From Octopus sinensis (Eukaryota): 64,000 bases of DNA. Positions within the stretch are counted from its first letter, which is position 1; every line of letters begins with the position of its first letter. The stretch is from assembly GCF_006345805.1 (NCBI RefSeq), contig NC_042998.1, positions 181,350,001-181,414,000 on the forward strand. The letters are read 5' to 3'. The notes under the pieces were generated by a model. The model ran no database searches. It saw only the letters and a program-made list of their open reading frames with translations, and was not told where the DNA came from. Shown here in pieces: positions 12,556 to 23,830 of this stretch. The position numbers and the translations under genes are program-made.

Positions 12556-13750
12556 AAGGTAAATGTTCCTCCGAGGTCTGTAGTTGACCTCAGAGGAATA
12601 CAAAGGCACAGAAATAAAAATGAACTCGTAAGCATTCCTTTTGTCATTACCTACAACTCAAGAAATTGCGACATCATCAATACTGCAAAAAGATACCTCA
12701 CAATTCTTCAACAATCATCTCGAATGAACAAATTAATAACAGATTCGAAAATAATTTATAGCATACGGTAAGCACGCAACCTTAAAAAAAGCTCTTAACC
12801 CAAGTAAGATTCACAACTAGAGAAACCACAAAGAGAGTTCAAAAATGTGGCGACCCTCGCTGTGGAACATATGATTACATTGAAGAAGGAGAAGAAATTA
12901 CTTTCAAAGAAAACAACACCACTAATGCAAATATGAATGGCAAATCCAGGAACCTAATCTACTGTGCCACATGTCCCGAATGCAAAGAATACTACATTGC
13001 TAAAATGGGCACTGGGGCTATATGAGAGAATAAGGATACATAAACAACAAATCCATGACCCCCTCCGTTAGAGACACAACATTCAATGAACACTTCGAAA
13101 AATGTGGGAAAAGGAAATTTAAAATATTCCCTTTCTTCAAACAGAAAATTAACATTTTCGTCAGACCAAGAAAGAATACTTTATTTGAAAATATCTACCG
13201 AAACTGAACGAAAAATAATACCCAAAACATCGGTAGGAATGACCAAGTTTAAGAGAATCTTACATTGCTTATAAACTCTATATTTGGATGGACTCATATT
13301 AAACTCTGTTGGACTTTTGGATTTTACTCAAATGATATTGGAATATTGCATATATACCACTATGCCTATAAAACGGATTTACGAATTCAATAACCATACA
13401 TATCTTACATCTATTTTCTTTCCTCCACCTCACTCTCTATCTGTATCACATCGACACTAACTATGACTTAATTTTTTTCTCTCACACCGTCTCCGATGAA
13501 GGGATATTATTAATTAATATCCTAGAAACAGCTGTAAGACCATCTATCTATAAATGGTCTAACATCTATACAGCCTTGGGTTTTTTTTATCTCATTACGC
13601 AAAAAATTCTTATATACACACGCTGACATAGAACCAACGTTGAACCCTTTATTCGCAATATTACCGAATCTGGAACTTAACTATGGTCTGTCTATAACAA
13701 TTATTCAGCATTACCTGACACCTTTGGGTCTCAATGACACCATTATCTAT
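12556..13750 (+). mobile_element. Penelope-like element 3' part (decayed GIY-YIG endonuclease plus 3' repeat)
   Basis: Frameshifted translation IPFVITYN...QKCGDPRCGTYDYIEEG...SRNLIYCATCPECKEYYIAK...RIRIHKQQIHDP...EHFEKCGK...YLPKLN, typical of PLE GIY-YIG. Hammerhead motif downstream. Confidence 0.8.
13489..13540 (+). ncRNA. Minimal type I hammerhead ribozyme (variant core CCGAUGA)
   Basis: Stem I GTCT/AGAC; core CCGATGA (13493-13499); stem II GGATATTA/TAATATCC; GAAA (13525-13528); stem III AC-[AGCT]-GT with palindromic loop; GUA cleavage triplet at 13534-13536. Confidence 0.6.
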
Positions 13751-13764
13751 GATATATATATATA

Positions 13765-13890
13765 TCACCGTGATCACCGTGACCGACCAGGCTATCAGAT
13801 GTTGCTACACATCGCTGGTCACAATGCACTTCGCATTGTTTTAGCCTTCGAATGATGCCACCCCACTGGCTAGGCGAGCAGGCCAATATA
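13765..13890 (-). mobile_element. Retroposon 3' tail ending in (CACGGTGAT)n
   Basis: Same family as 16385-16525 on + (TTGGCCTG.TC.CC.A.CCAG...GCTAAAAC.ATGC.AAG..CATT...AACATC.GAT...TCAC.TGATCA.GTGAT). Confidence 0.5.
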
Positions 13891-14074
13891 TATGGGGGGG
13901 GGCTGTGTGTGCATGCGTGTATGCATATGTATGTTTGTATACAAGTATGCATATATATATACATGTGCGTACATGCATTGGTATAAAAGTTAAGAGGCAT
14001 ACAAGTATATTAGTATCTGTATGTTTGTGTATATGTGCACATATATGTATGTGTGTGTGCGTGCGTGTGAGTAT

Positions 14075-14455
14075 ATGTACACCATACCACCTGTGAGAAT
14101 TGAATTGGTAACATCAAATAAATAAGCAAGGCACAAGTTATCTTTTGACAAGAACACAATACTGACCACCCCAAAATATTCTATTTTCTTTATCTTGATG
14201 GACTTATCCATTCTCCCACCCCCGTTCTCATTTACTATTAATCCTGTTTTTATTTTCTACATTTATTCTTATTTTATTTTATTCTGTGTGTATCTTTCTG
14301 TTGAAGAGCGTAGGCTCGAAACGTTAAAGACTTGTTTTATTTATATTTCCTGAGCGCCATACTAATACAATTGTTTGTTTGTATTCCACCTGCCTTCGTC
14401 TTTTGTTTATTTCCGTAACCTGCCTTCGTCTTTTGTCTATTTTCATAAAGCTTCC
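14075..14455 (+). mobile_element. Penelope-like terminal repeat fragment (second family)
   Basis: Contains hammerhead-like TCTTTCTGTTGAAGAGCGTAGGCTCGAAACGTTAAAGA; ends at (TA)n; internal 31-bp tandem repeat ACCTGCCTTCGTCTTTTGT.TATTT. Confidence 0.5.
14293..14330 (+). ncRNA. Degenerate minimal hammerhead motif (core A6 changed to U)
   Basis: Stem I TCTTT/AAAGA; CTGTTGA; stem II GAGC-GTAG-GCTC; GAAA; palindromic AACGTT in place of stem III. Confidence 0.4.
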
Positions 14456-14457
14456 CG

Positions 14458-14500
<43 letters not shown>

Positions 14501-14599
14501 TGGATGGCGTGTGTGTGTATATATATGTATATTGAATACATATGTATATATATATATATATATATAATATATATATATGATATATATAATTTTTTTTTT

Positions 14600-15078
14600 T
14601 CTGATTTCATTTCTTTGTTCCTTTTCTCCTCCTTAGCATTCTTTCTTCCTTTTTCTTGTTGTTCTTCAACTCTTCTTCTTCTTCTTCTTCTTCTTCTTCT
14701 TCTTCTTCTTTTTTTCTTCTTCTTCTTCTTCTTCTTCTCCACCTCCTACTCCTCCTTCTCTTTCTCTCCTTCACACATGCTTTTGTATTCTTTATAAATA
14801 TATATATATATGTTTATCCTATTTGTTTTTCTGATTTTTTATTTATTTATTATTCATATTTCTACTTCTGGTGTATATATATATTTTTGTGCGTATACTT
14901 GTAAGAAAATATTTTGCTATTTAAGCAACCAGTAAAGCATATTTTACAGTTTGAAAGCGGCGACTTGAAGCCTGAAACTCATATCAAAGTAACTCACTGT
15001 AAACATTATTATTAAGATTAAAACAAAATTATCCCCTCAAAAAGCCATCTCTACACATTCTTTTAAATATATATATAT
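14600..15078 (+). repeat. Right arm of long inverted repeat
   Basis: Reverse complement of 11986-12550; roughly 80% identity by eye in the unique parts. Confidence 0.8.
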
Positions 15079-15098
15079 ACACAATAATAATAATAATA

Positions 15099-15170
<72 letters not shown>

Positions 15171-15174
<4 letters not shown>

Positions 15175-15430
15175 GTTTGACTTTTGCTTTATATTTGTAC
15201 ATGTTGGCTCCAAGTCACACCCAGAAACCTCAAGAGACAACAGGTTGGAAGTTCATGTTGTTGTTATGCCTAGTGTGCCATATATTTCGGGGAGTTTTTT
15301 TTGGTATTGTACTAGTGAATGTCTTTAAAAAAAAATTCAAAAAACAAAAAATATGTTTGTTTTATACCTTGAGATTACATAGAAAGTATTTTGCGTAGGA
15401 TATGAGCAGTTCCCATGAGCACTATCTTTT
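15171..15430 (-). mobile_element. RLE LINE lineage B, 3' end with (TAA)n tail
   Basis: Minus strand IVLMGTAHILRKILSM-stop (cf. IVLTGTSHVLRRALSM at 30374), then 3' UTR and (TAA)n at 15101-15170. Confidence 0.7.
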
Positions 15431-15701
15431 GAAATTTTTATTATTATTATTATTATAAAGATTCTTGGGGGAATTGGGTACATGAAGGATATTCCCTGGG
15501 TAGGTTTGAGTTTACCTGTGATCACCACCTTTAATCGAGTAAATATCCCGTAAAATATTCCGATTTGTGCCCACAGAGAAAAAAAAACCTACCTCTACGA
15601 ATATTTAGCGCCTAGAGGCTGGTCCAAAGCACCTGTTGTGTTGATCATACGTTGTTTGGTATACTCTCTAGGATATCCGACGTGTCGTGAATATCGTCTG
15701 T

Positions 15702-15742
<41 letters not shown>

Positions 15743-15769
15743 TTATAATATATATATATATATATATAA

Positions 15770-16120
15770 CTTAGAACTTAGAATAACTTTGAAAGGTTTT
15801 GGCCAGTATTGGCCCAGGCCATGTCTAACTTAATAGCACCACCTGGCGAAATCTTTCAGTTCAGGATTTGGCCACCGAGGCCCATTTGAACAGAGAGGTA
15901 TTGTTTGCGGAGACGTATTCGGGTGTGGGTGGTTTGTCCGGGACTGTTTGAAGGAATTTGTCCAAAGACTTCTTGCATTTTGTGCGGTCAGTTTCTGTTT
16001 TGACGTGTTCTGGTGTAATGTTGAAGAGAGCGGCTCCAATTGAGGTGAAATAATTGTGCCGTATTGTTGTTATATGATGCGATTTAGATTTTTGCTTTGG
16101 ACGGATGGCACGGGTGACAA
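15770..16120 (-). mobile_element. CR1/Jockey-group LINE 3' end
   Basis: Minus translation RAIRPKQKSKSHHITTIRHNYFTSIGAALFNITPEHVK...KSLDKFLQTVPDKPPTPEYVSANNTSL; short TTCTAAG tandem tail. Confidence 0.55.
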
Positions 16121-16384
16121 AGAAAATTCTTTAATACATCTTTAATGATTCGCTACAATAACTTCTGTACCAACTCTATTTGCAACGCTCGTGGTTTTAC
16201 GCATTAGATAGGCACTTCATCACCATCACTTGCATAAAAAGTGAGCTGTCACATTATATAATATATAATATATATATATATATATCTATATATATATATA
16301 ATATATATATATATATATGCATATTATTTTCTAATTTCATAAAACTTACTTTTTTGTGTTTATGTAAATGGTAACTGCGATGAA

Positions 16385-16525
16385 CTAGATTTACAACCAG
16401 AGGGAATATTGGCCTGGTCACCAAACCAGCGGGATAGAAGCATCCAAACGCTAAAACGATGCAAAGCACATTATGGCAAGTGAGTATAACAACATCCGAT
16501 CGTGTGTTCAATCACTTGATCATGT
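16385..16525 (+). mobile_element. Decayed retroposon 3' tail
   Basis: Homologous to 13765-13890 (minus). Confidence 0.5.
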
Positions 16526-17391
16526 GATATTAAAAATATGAATGAAGCTAACCAGAGAAGAACGCTCTCTGTCAGAAGTAATAAGTGAACTTATATTTTG
16601 CGAACGAAAATTCCAACCTCTCATTATATAATTAGGTTCTTTTAATTTTGTACTCTTTTACAGGTGTCATTGATTCCGTTTATAATGATAAATGTCGTCG
16701 TTGGAGTTATTCTCGAACCCAAAGTCGTTCCTAATTGAGCAAATCTTTGGTTACAAGGTTTTCTAGTTGTCATCATTCCATTGTCTTTGATATTAGAGAC
16801 TATTGCATTGTCTAATGTGTCTAGAGTTATTCATGTAGGGAGAGATACATTTAAAGATACATTCAATCAAGAAGAATTTTGCTAAGTGTTTATGTGAATA
16901 ATTCGCAGGCAGGATGCAACTCTTTCCCTCTAAATATCACTCTCATTTTGCGTATACCACGCATTTCTGCCACTCTCTACTACGCTTTTTCCAGGGAAAG
17001 GGAATGAAATATTAAAGAAAGAATGAAGAAGGAAGAAAACAAATAGTTTGACGCTACAAAAACGTATTTAGCTGTGCAAGTGTGCGCACTTGTGTATGTG
17101 TGTGGTTATCATATGTGCATGCAATTGTTATTGTTTCAGATTTATTAAAATATTTTAGCCCCGTTGCACACTTTGCACGAAAGTACACTTCCCTTGAATT
17201 TAGAAAATAGTTAATTGTATATGAATCTGGGAATGTTTGTATGCGTGGGTTGGTATGCACATATATTTAAATGCTCATATGTATTAAAAGTATTTATAAC
17301 TTGTATAACCTTGTATAATGTGCAAATGTATTTGTGTGTATATACATATACGTGTGTATACACTATATATGCTTGGTTATATATAATATAT

Positions 17392-17433
<42 letters not shown>

Positions 17434-17931
17434 ATATATATATACATATTTGGATAATATAAATGAATATATGTACGTTTTATATGAGAATAGAAATTGA
17501 GAGAAAATGAAAACTACTTATGTTGAGATAAGATGGTGGAAAAAGTAAATAGATCTTAAATGCTTCTATATTAACCCTTTCTCGTTCTGAGCATCCACAT
17601 TGCATTATTGTTGACTGAGTTGTAAAAGAAAGTAGACAATCCTTTCTATGTATACGTGTACATGCATGAGTATACTGTGCATAATTTTTGGGTGTTCTGC
17701 CTTCACTCATACCTTTTCACTCCCTCTGTATATATGTGTGTGTGTGAGTGCACGTATATATGTAAGTATTCATGCACAGACATACACACTCCAGACATAT
17801 ACGCACATACACATAAACACATGTATATAATTATGTATCTGTGTATAAACTTATTCTTCAACTACTGGTGGTGTATGTGTGTGAATGTATGTTTGTACAT
17901 ATATGTATAAATATATACGTACATGTGTACG

Positions 17932-17979
<48 letters not shown>

Positions 17980-19149
17980 GTTTCATAATATTCACCAACA
18001 TATGTGTGTATGTGGATGTATTTATATGTGTATACATATATATAGATACATAAATACACACACGCACATACACATACACATGCACCAATTTGTTTGTATA
18101 ATGATAAAATTATTGTCAAGTGCTGATAGTAATATTATCATCATCATCTTCATCATCATCGTCGTCATCATTCTTCGTTTTCTCTGTTTAAGTTTTGTTA
18201 GTGTTGGTTCTCTTTCCTTCATATTGTTTTTCCTTTTTTCCTCTATCTCTGTTTTCATTAAAATCATTTTCGAATGTATGGAAATCTTTCAACATCTTTC
18301 GAGTTGTTTTAAAATAAACATTCTTTTTAAAATTCGTTATTTTAAAAACAAAATGACCTATATTTGTTTCATTCCACTTATTAGATTCCTTCTTCTTTAG
18401 TCGATTTTACCGAACGACATTGAAAAGGACTGAAATATTGTAACGATTTATGAAGTGCTGAGATCTCAAGTAACAAAGTATAATACATCTTTGAACGGAA
18501 ATGCTGGAACGACAACAGTACTACTACAAAACATAAGAGAAAATCGATAAGCAAATCCTCGGAAGATATCCAGTGAGTGAAGTACAAGTAGTACATAAGT
18601 TACATAGGAGCTCTATTCATACTAGTAATGTTAAGAAATTTGAGGTTTATCTTCGAGGAGAATACGTAGTAGATGTACAAAAGTAAAAAAACGACTTAAA
18701 ACCTTACATTAGAAACAAGGAGTGGAAAGATGGCAGATCGTCTCTGTGATTTTTATAATACTTTTTCACAAAAAACATGTGCTTGGTATTCAAGAATCCA
18801 CCTTATTTTCTATTATTCTGATTGAGTATTAAAGTCCTCTAAAAAGAATTTGTATATAGTAGGATTTAAAATGCTTAGTACAGTTACTTCGATTGAACTA
18901 ATGCAAGGGTTTGCAGTTAAGACAGTTGCTGTGTTACATCGTGGTTACACAATACCTTCTATCACAGACTTGAGTTGGCCAATACTTATGAGTGAAATCT
19001 GGAAGACGGAAACTGTATGGAAGGCCATCATATACATACATATATACATGTATGCACATACATTATATATATTATGTGCACATGTATGCATTATGTATGC
19101 ATTAGTCTGTGAGTATGAATATATATATATATAATATATATATATATAT

Positions 19150-19217
<68 letters not shown>

Positions 19218-19223
19218 ATATAT

Positions 19224-19281
<58 letters not shown>

Positions 19282-19439
19282 GAAGTTGTCAACTCTCGAA
19301 GTTCAGAATATTTCTCTAACCTTTATGGACGTAAGCGTGACTATATAAATCAATGAAGGATCTATAAATCCACAAGTCCGTTTAGGAATCGGAAATTTCT
19401 TTCTCGTACGTGAAGAAGCACTGTCTCAGTTGCTTTGAG

Positions 19440-19970
19440 TCACATTCTATACTCGCGTTTATCATTAAGCGGGTCAGTTCGTGAAGTATCGAAATGTTGG
19501 GTTTCATAATATTCACCAATAATTCCCACTTGTACAGAGCTTTACCACACGTTTTCAAATTTCATTCGGATAGCTTCCATTGTCCTCCTTGCATGCGGAT
19601 TTCTTTATTCAGCCATGAGTAAAATAGTTGATTTGTTGGATCATAGTTCCGAATCTGTACACGTAACCAAGCAATCATAGTTGACTTCTAACCATTGTTT
19701 CACTGTCAAAGGTATTGGCTTGCTGAAGCATACTAACATTCTCCCGTCTGTTCTGCAACTGGCTCAGCATGATTTCTTCAGATACATCCAGATGTATATT
19801 TCCAGCTCGTATAGCGGTATCACCTATAACTTGTCTATGTTTTAGACATGTAGAATGAGTAGAACCACTGTTTTGTACACCATAAGTTTGCTTATTTGTC
19901 TCAGATCGTGATTTTCATATATCAGTCTTCTCAGAAATCCAAAGGTTACACTGGCATGTTCCTGCCTCTA
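19440..19970 (-). mobile_element. RTE/BovB-like LINE C-terminal remnant
   Basis: Minus translation EHASVTFGFLRRLIYENHDLRQISKLMVYKTVVL, then decayed LRWLGYV...LFYSWL...GGQWK, matching the RTE post-RT region. Confidence 0.7.
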
Positions 19971-20742
19971 GAGAAAGAAAAAAAAATATTTCGAAGATTT
20001 ACTTAACCTTTACTGTGCAGTGAAAGAAATGACTCTGAGTAACGTAAACGTAACACAAAAGCCAATGATGAACATCATAGCGATACCACCTGGCATTGCA
20101 GAAACCAAAACGCCAAAAAAGAAACTGGGTCCAACGTAATTTGAACATATAACTTGAAAATAATGTCCTTTTCCAGTTAATCTCAGCGTTACAATGATCT
20201 ATACAATCTTAAGATAGACACATCAGATTGCTGCAACTGCAAAGAAATCTCGCTTTTGTCATCGGTTGGAAAAACCGTTCCTTGAATCGTATTCGACCGA
20301 TTCCTCCTAACTATCGGAAACTCACCAACCTGAATCTCAATCTCGTTTTTAACCGTCTAGCGGTACTATTTGACAGTATAGTTTTCCTTTGCTCTTAAAG
20401 GGTTAATAACTTCGTAGTAAACATAAGATTTTTGGCTGTAAATGTTTCTTATCTTTTGTGAAGTTCATTTATCTCTTTCGTCTGTCTTCTTTTCTTGACA
20501 TCTTTTATGAGTTTTCTTTTCCCTTTCTTTTTTTTTTCACTTTATAGGTTTTTTTCTTTTCTTTTTTGTCACCATTTTCTTATATTCTTTCTTTACTGCT
20601 TACTTCTTTCATCATTCCTTGTCTATGCTAATATCACCATCTCCTTCCCTGTACTTGTGTTTTCGCTATCACACATGAGTAAAGCCAACCTCGCTTGTGA
20701 TGGGCTGATTTCATTTTTTTTCTCTTAGCTTTTGTATGCATT

Positions 20743-20806
<64 letters not shown>

Positions 20807-21140
20807 TGTGTATGTGTGTGTATTCATATGTGTATGTAATTTGTTATTTCTTTATACTACACCACCCCACACGACTCCGCTTCAATAGGAGCTGTGGGAA
20901 AATATTCCTCAAGTAAAAGGATTTTACACACAAATGCACATGTATATGTAAGTATATACCTTCATCTGCATGTATGCACGTGTACTATATGTGAGCCTGT
21001 GTAAGTGTGTATTAATCTTTGTCAAAATACTTGTGTATAACAATAAATACTAATATATAATAAACTTGAGTGGACTTTGTAATATTCATGTATTATGTGT
21101 ATATGTATGTGGACTCACACTTAGCCATATATATATATAT

Positions 21141-21171
<31 letters not shown>

Positions 21172-21315
21172 TATGTATGTATGTATTATGTATGTATGTA
21201 TATATATATATGTATGTATGAATGTATGTATATATGTATGTATAATTATATAGAAATACATATATGAATATATCTATCATATTTAAACATATATACATAT
21301 ACGCATACAATATAA

Positions 21316-22131
21316 TCAGGTCATCCCAAAAGTTCTGTCCGATTTTACCTTTTTTTTAAAACTGAATGAAATTTAATAGTACTTTAGAATGTGTAATGGA
21401 ATTTAAACTTATTTTTATGCATTTATGTACATTTAAACTAATTAAATATTATTTTACAGAATAATAGAATTAAAATTTCTTTGATTAAAACCCTTTCTAA
21501 CAGGGGAAATACCCAAAGAGCATTTAAGGTACATAATGCTTTATGAGTACTAAAAAAGGAAACTCTGCAGCCGAAGCGACTCGAAACATACACTCAGTTT
21601 ATGGGAAAGAATGCTTGAATGAAAGAACTTGAATGAAAGATGGTTTGCAAAATTCAGAAGTGGTGATTTCAGACTTGAAGCTAAAGATCGAACAGGACGT
21701 CCAGTTGAGTTTGATGATAAGCTCCTTGAGGCATTACTTGAAGAAAATCCTGCATTGTCAGTTGAAGAATTGGCAATAAAGCTTAGTTCAAACCATACAA
21801 CTGTTCATCGTCATCTTCAACAATTTGGAAAGGTTCCAAAACTTGGAAAATGGGTTCCTCAGGAATTGTCCGAAAGCAACCGCAAATCCTGAGTTGACAT
21901 CTGCTCTTCTCTCCATTCTCGCGAACTCATTTCACCCTTTTTGGATACACTTGTTAAACGTCGTAAACAGTGGCTTGGTAAAAGGGAAAGCTCAACCACA
22001 ACCGAGAAGGGAACTTCATAGGGAAAAGGTTCTTCTCTCTATCTGGTGGGATTACAAAGGAGTAATTCACTTTGAATTGTTACCACTTAATGCATCAATC
22101 AATGCTCAAGTCTACTGTCGGCAATTAGAGC
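21316..22131 (+). mobile_element. Mariner (DD34D-type) transposon, left TIR and 5' part of transposase, internally deleted and 3'-truncated
   Basis: TIR-like TCAGGTCATCCCAAAAGTTCTGTCCG; KGNSAAEATRNI; RWFAKFRSGDF.LE...RTGRPVEFD; GKWVPQEL; KVLLSIWWDYKGVIHFELLP. Confidence 0.85.
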
Positions 22132-23071
22132 AGTATCTTGTATTCCTTGTTTCCAGAGACTTCTTCTGGATCATGTTTGTACCATTTCTGTGCTCTGTTC
22201 AGGCCGTACGCTTCACATAGCCTCCAGTATACGATATTAGCCGCGTTATCGTACCTCCTTTTGTAGTGCTTTTGAGCCAGTTTGCTACACTCATTCACAA
22301 TATACGAGATTTTTCGTTTATGCTGCCACACATCCTACAAAGGGGGCGATTCGCTACTCTTATCTATATGGAACTTGTAATTTATTCTCAGAGCTTGCTC
22401 CTGGGCGCTGCATATCAATGCTTCAGTGCATCCTTTCAGATCACATTTTCTTAGCCATCAAGAGTTGATCCTGTCTATTCCCTCGATTTCTCTGAGGAAT
22501 TGCCCATGCTGTGATTTCATTTTCCAGTTGCCTACACTCTCTTCATTTTGTTTCTTAAATGTTTGTGGGTGTGTCATATTTTTGGCGGGTATTGTTTTAT
22601 TAATTCTAACAGCAGTAAGCAAGGATTCACTTTGCTGTTTGATGTACCATTCCAGGCTGCTCTCCTCGCTGACAACACAGATCTTGCATCCTATGAGGCC
22701 TCTTCTTCTCCTCTTCCAAGGCACTTGCAGTCTGTCAGTATCACTTTTGGGATATCGTTCCTTGTTAATTGTCTTTACTTTTCTGGTTTACCTGTCCATT
22801 TCTTCAAGCTCGTTTTTTGTCCATCTAACAATACCTGCGCCATATCACATTAAGGAAACAGCCCATGTGCTCATTGCTCTAGTCATGTTTTTTCCCATTG
22901 AGCCTACTTCCCATAATCAATTTGGCTCTTCTGGGATATTCTCGCCTAAAGTCTCCCTTCATCTCACTTTCCATGATTTTGTCATATTCCAGAATACCCA
23001 GATATTTATATCCATTTGTCTCAATATCCTTGATTTTCTTGCCCTTGTACCCAAGGGCAAGAAAATCAAGG

Positions 23072-23136
<65 letters not shown>

Positions 23137-23604
23137 TATTATTATGATTGTCAAAGCAGAATCGTTAGAGCGTTGAAAGAAACGCTTATTGGTATTTGCT
23201 CTGGCCCTTTATATCATTAGCTCATCTCCCGTCGAGATCAATTTTTTCTTTCATATCTACACCATCAGATCACACTACTTTGCCTTTTTGTATTATCAGC
23301 ATACCACATTTTTTAGTTCCAAATTCCATTCCAATATCCTTACTGAATATTTGCACTGTTAGAACTATGCCATTTATTTAAAGTTCGGTCTTCCCAAAGA
23401 TCTTTAAGTCATCCATATATAACAGATGATTTAATTTTTCTCCACTTCTCAAGGATACTCCGATGTCTCTTTCCGAAGTATCTGTGGGAAGGACATCATA
23501 CAAATCGCAAACAGCAATGGTGATAGGCTATCTCCTTGGAATATGCCTTTCTAGATGTTAACCCTCACCAAAAGTTTTGCGCATTAATTTAGCTCTGTAT
23601 TCCA
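22131..23604 (-). mobile_element. RLE LINE lineage B (R4/Dong-like), RT to zinc knuckle, truncated at both ends, with a templated insert at 23048-23251
   Basis: GIFQGDSLSPLLF (~23509-23547), YMDD (23408-23419), GYKYLGILE, CRMCG...ISYIVNECSKLAQKHYKRRYD, WYKHDPEEV..NKEYKIL; 5' end abuts (TAA)n. Confidence 0.88.
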
Positions 23605-23619
23605 ATTATTATTATTATT

Positions 23620-23650
<31 letters not shown>

Positions 23651-23665
23651 TATTATTATTATTAT

Positions 23666-23830
23666 GATTGTCAAAGCAGAATCGTTAGAGCGTTGAAAAA
23701 AACGCTTATTGGTATTTGTTCTGGCCCTTTATATCATTAGCTCACCTCCCGTCGAGATCAATTTTTTCTTTCATCTTTTCGGGGCAATAAAATAAAATAA
23801 TAGTCTAAGTACAGGGGACAATGCTCGATC
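23666..23830 (+). mobile_element. Decayed family-A SINE (head duplicated at 23147-23253)
   Basis: GCAGAATCGTTAGAGCG...GTCGAGATCAATTTTTTCTTTCATCTTTTCGGGG. Confidence 0.6.

Noticed and set aside
16350-16720. Apparent spliced small ORF (donor AA|GTGAGT ~16481, acceptor TTTTACAG| ~16663) giving MQSTLWQVSLIPFIMINVVVGVILEPKVVPN
   Set aside because: The upstream 'exon' lies in a decayed retroposon tail homologous to 13765-13890, and the peptide is not recognisable.
20010-20198. Minus-strand 62-codon hydrophobic open frame (..YVGPSFFFGVLVSAMPGGIAMMFIIGFCVTF..)
   Set aside because: No start, weak acceptor, no family match; hydrophobic frames are expected antisense to A-rich DNA.
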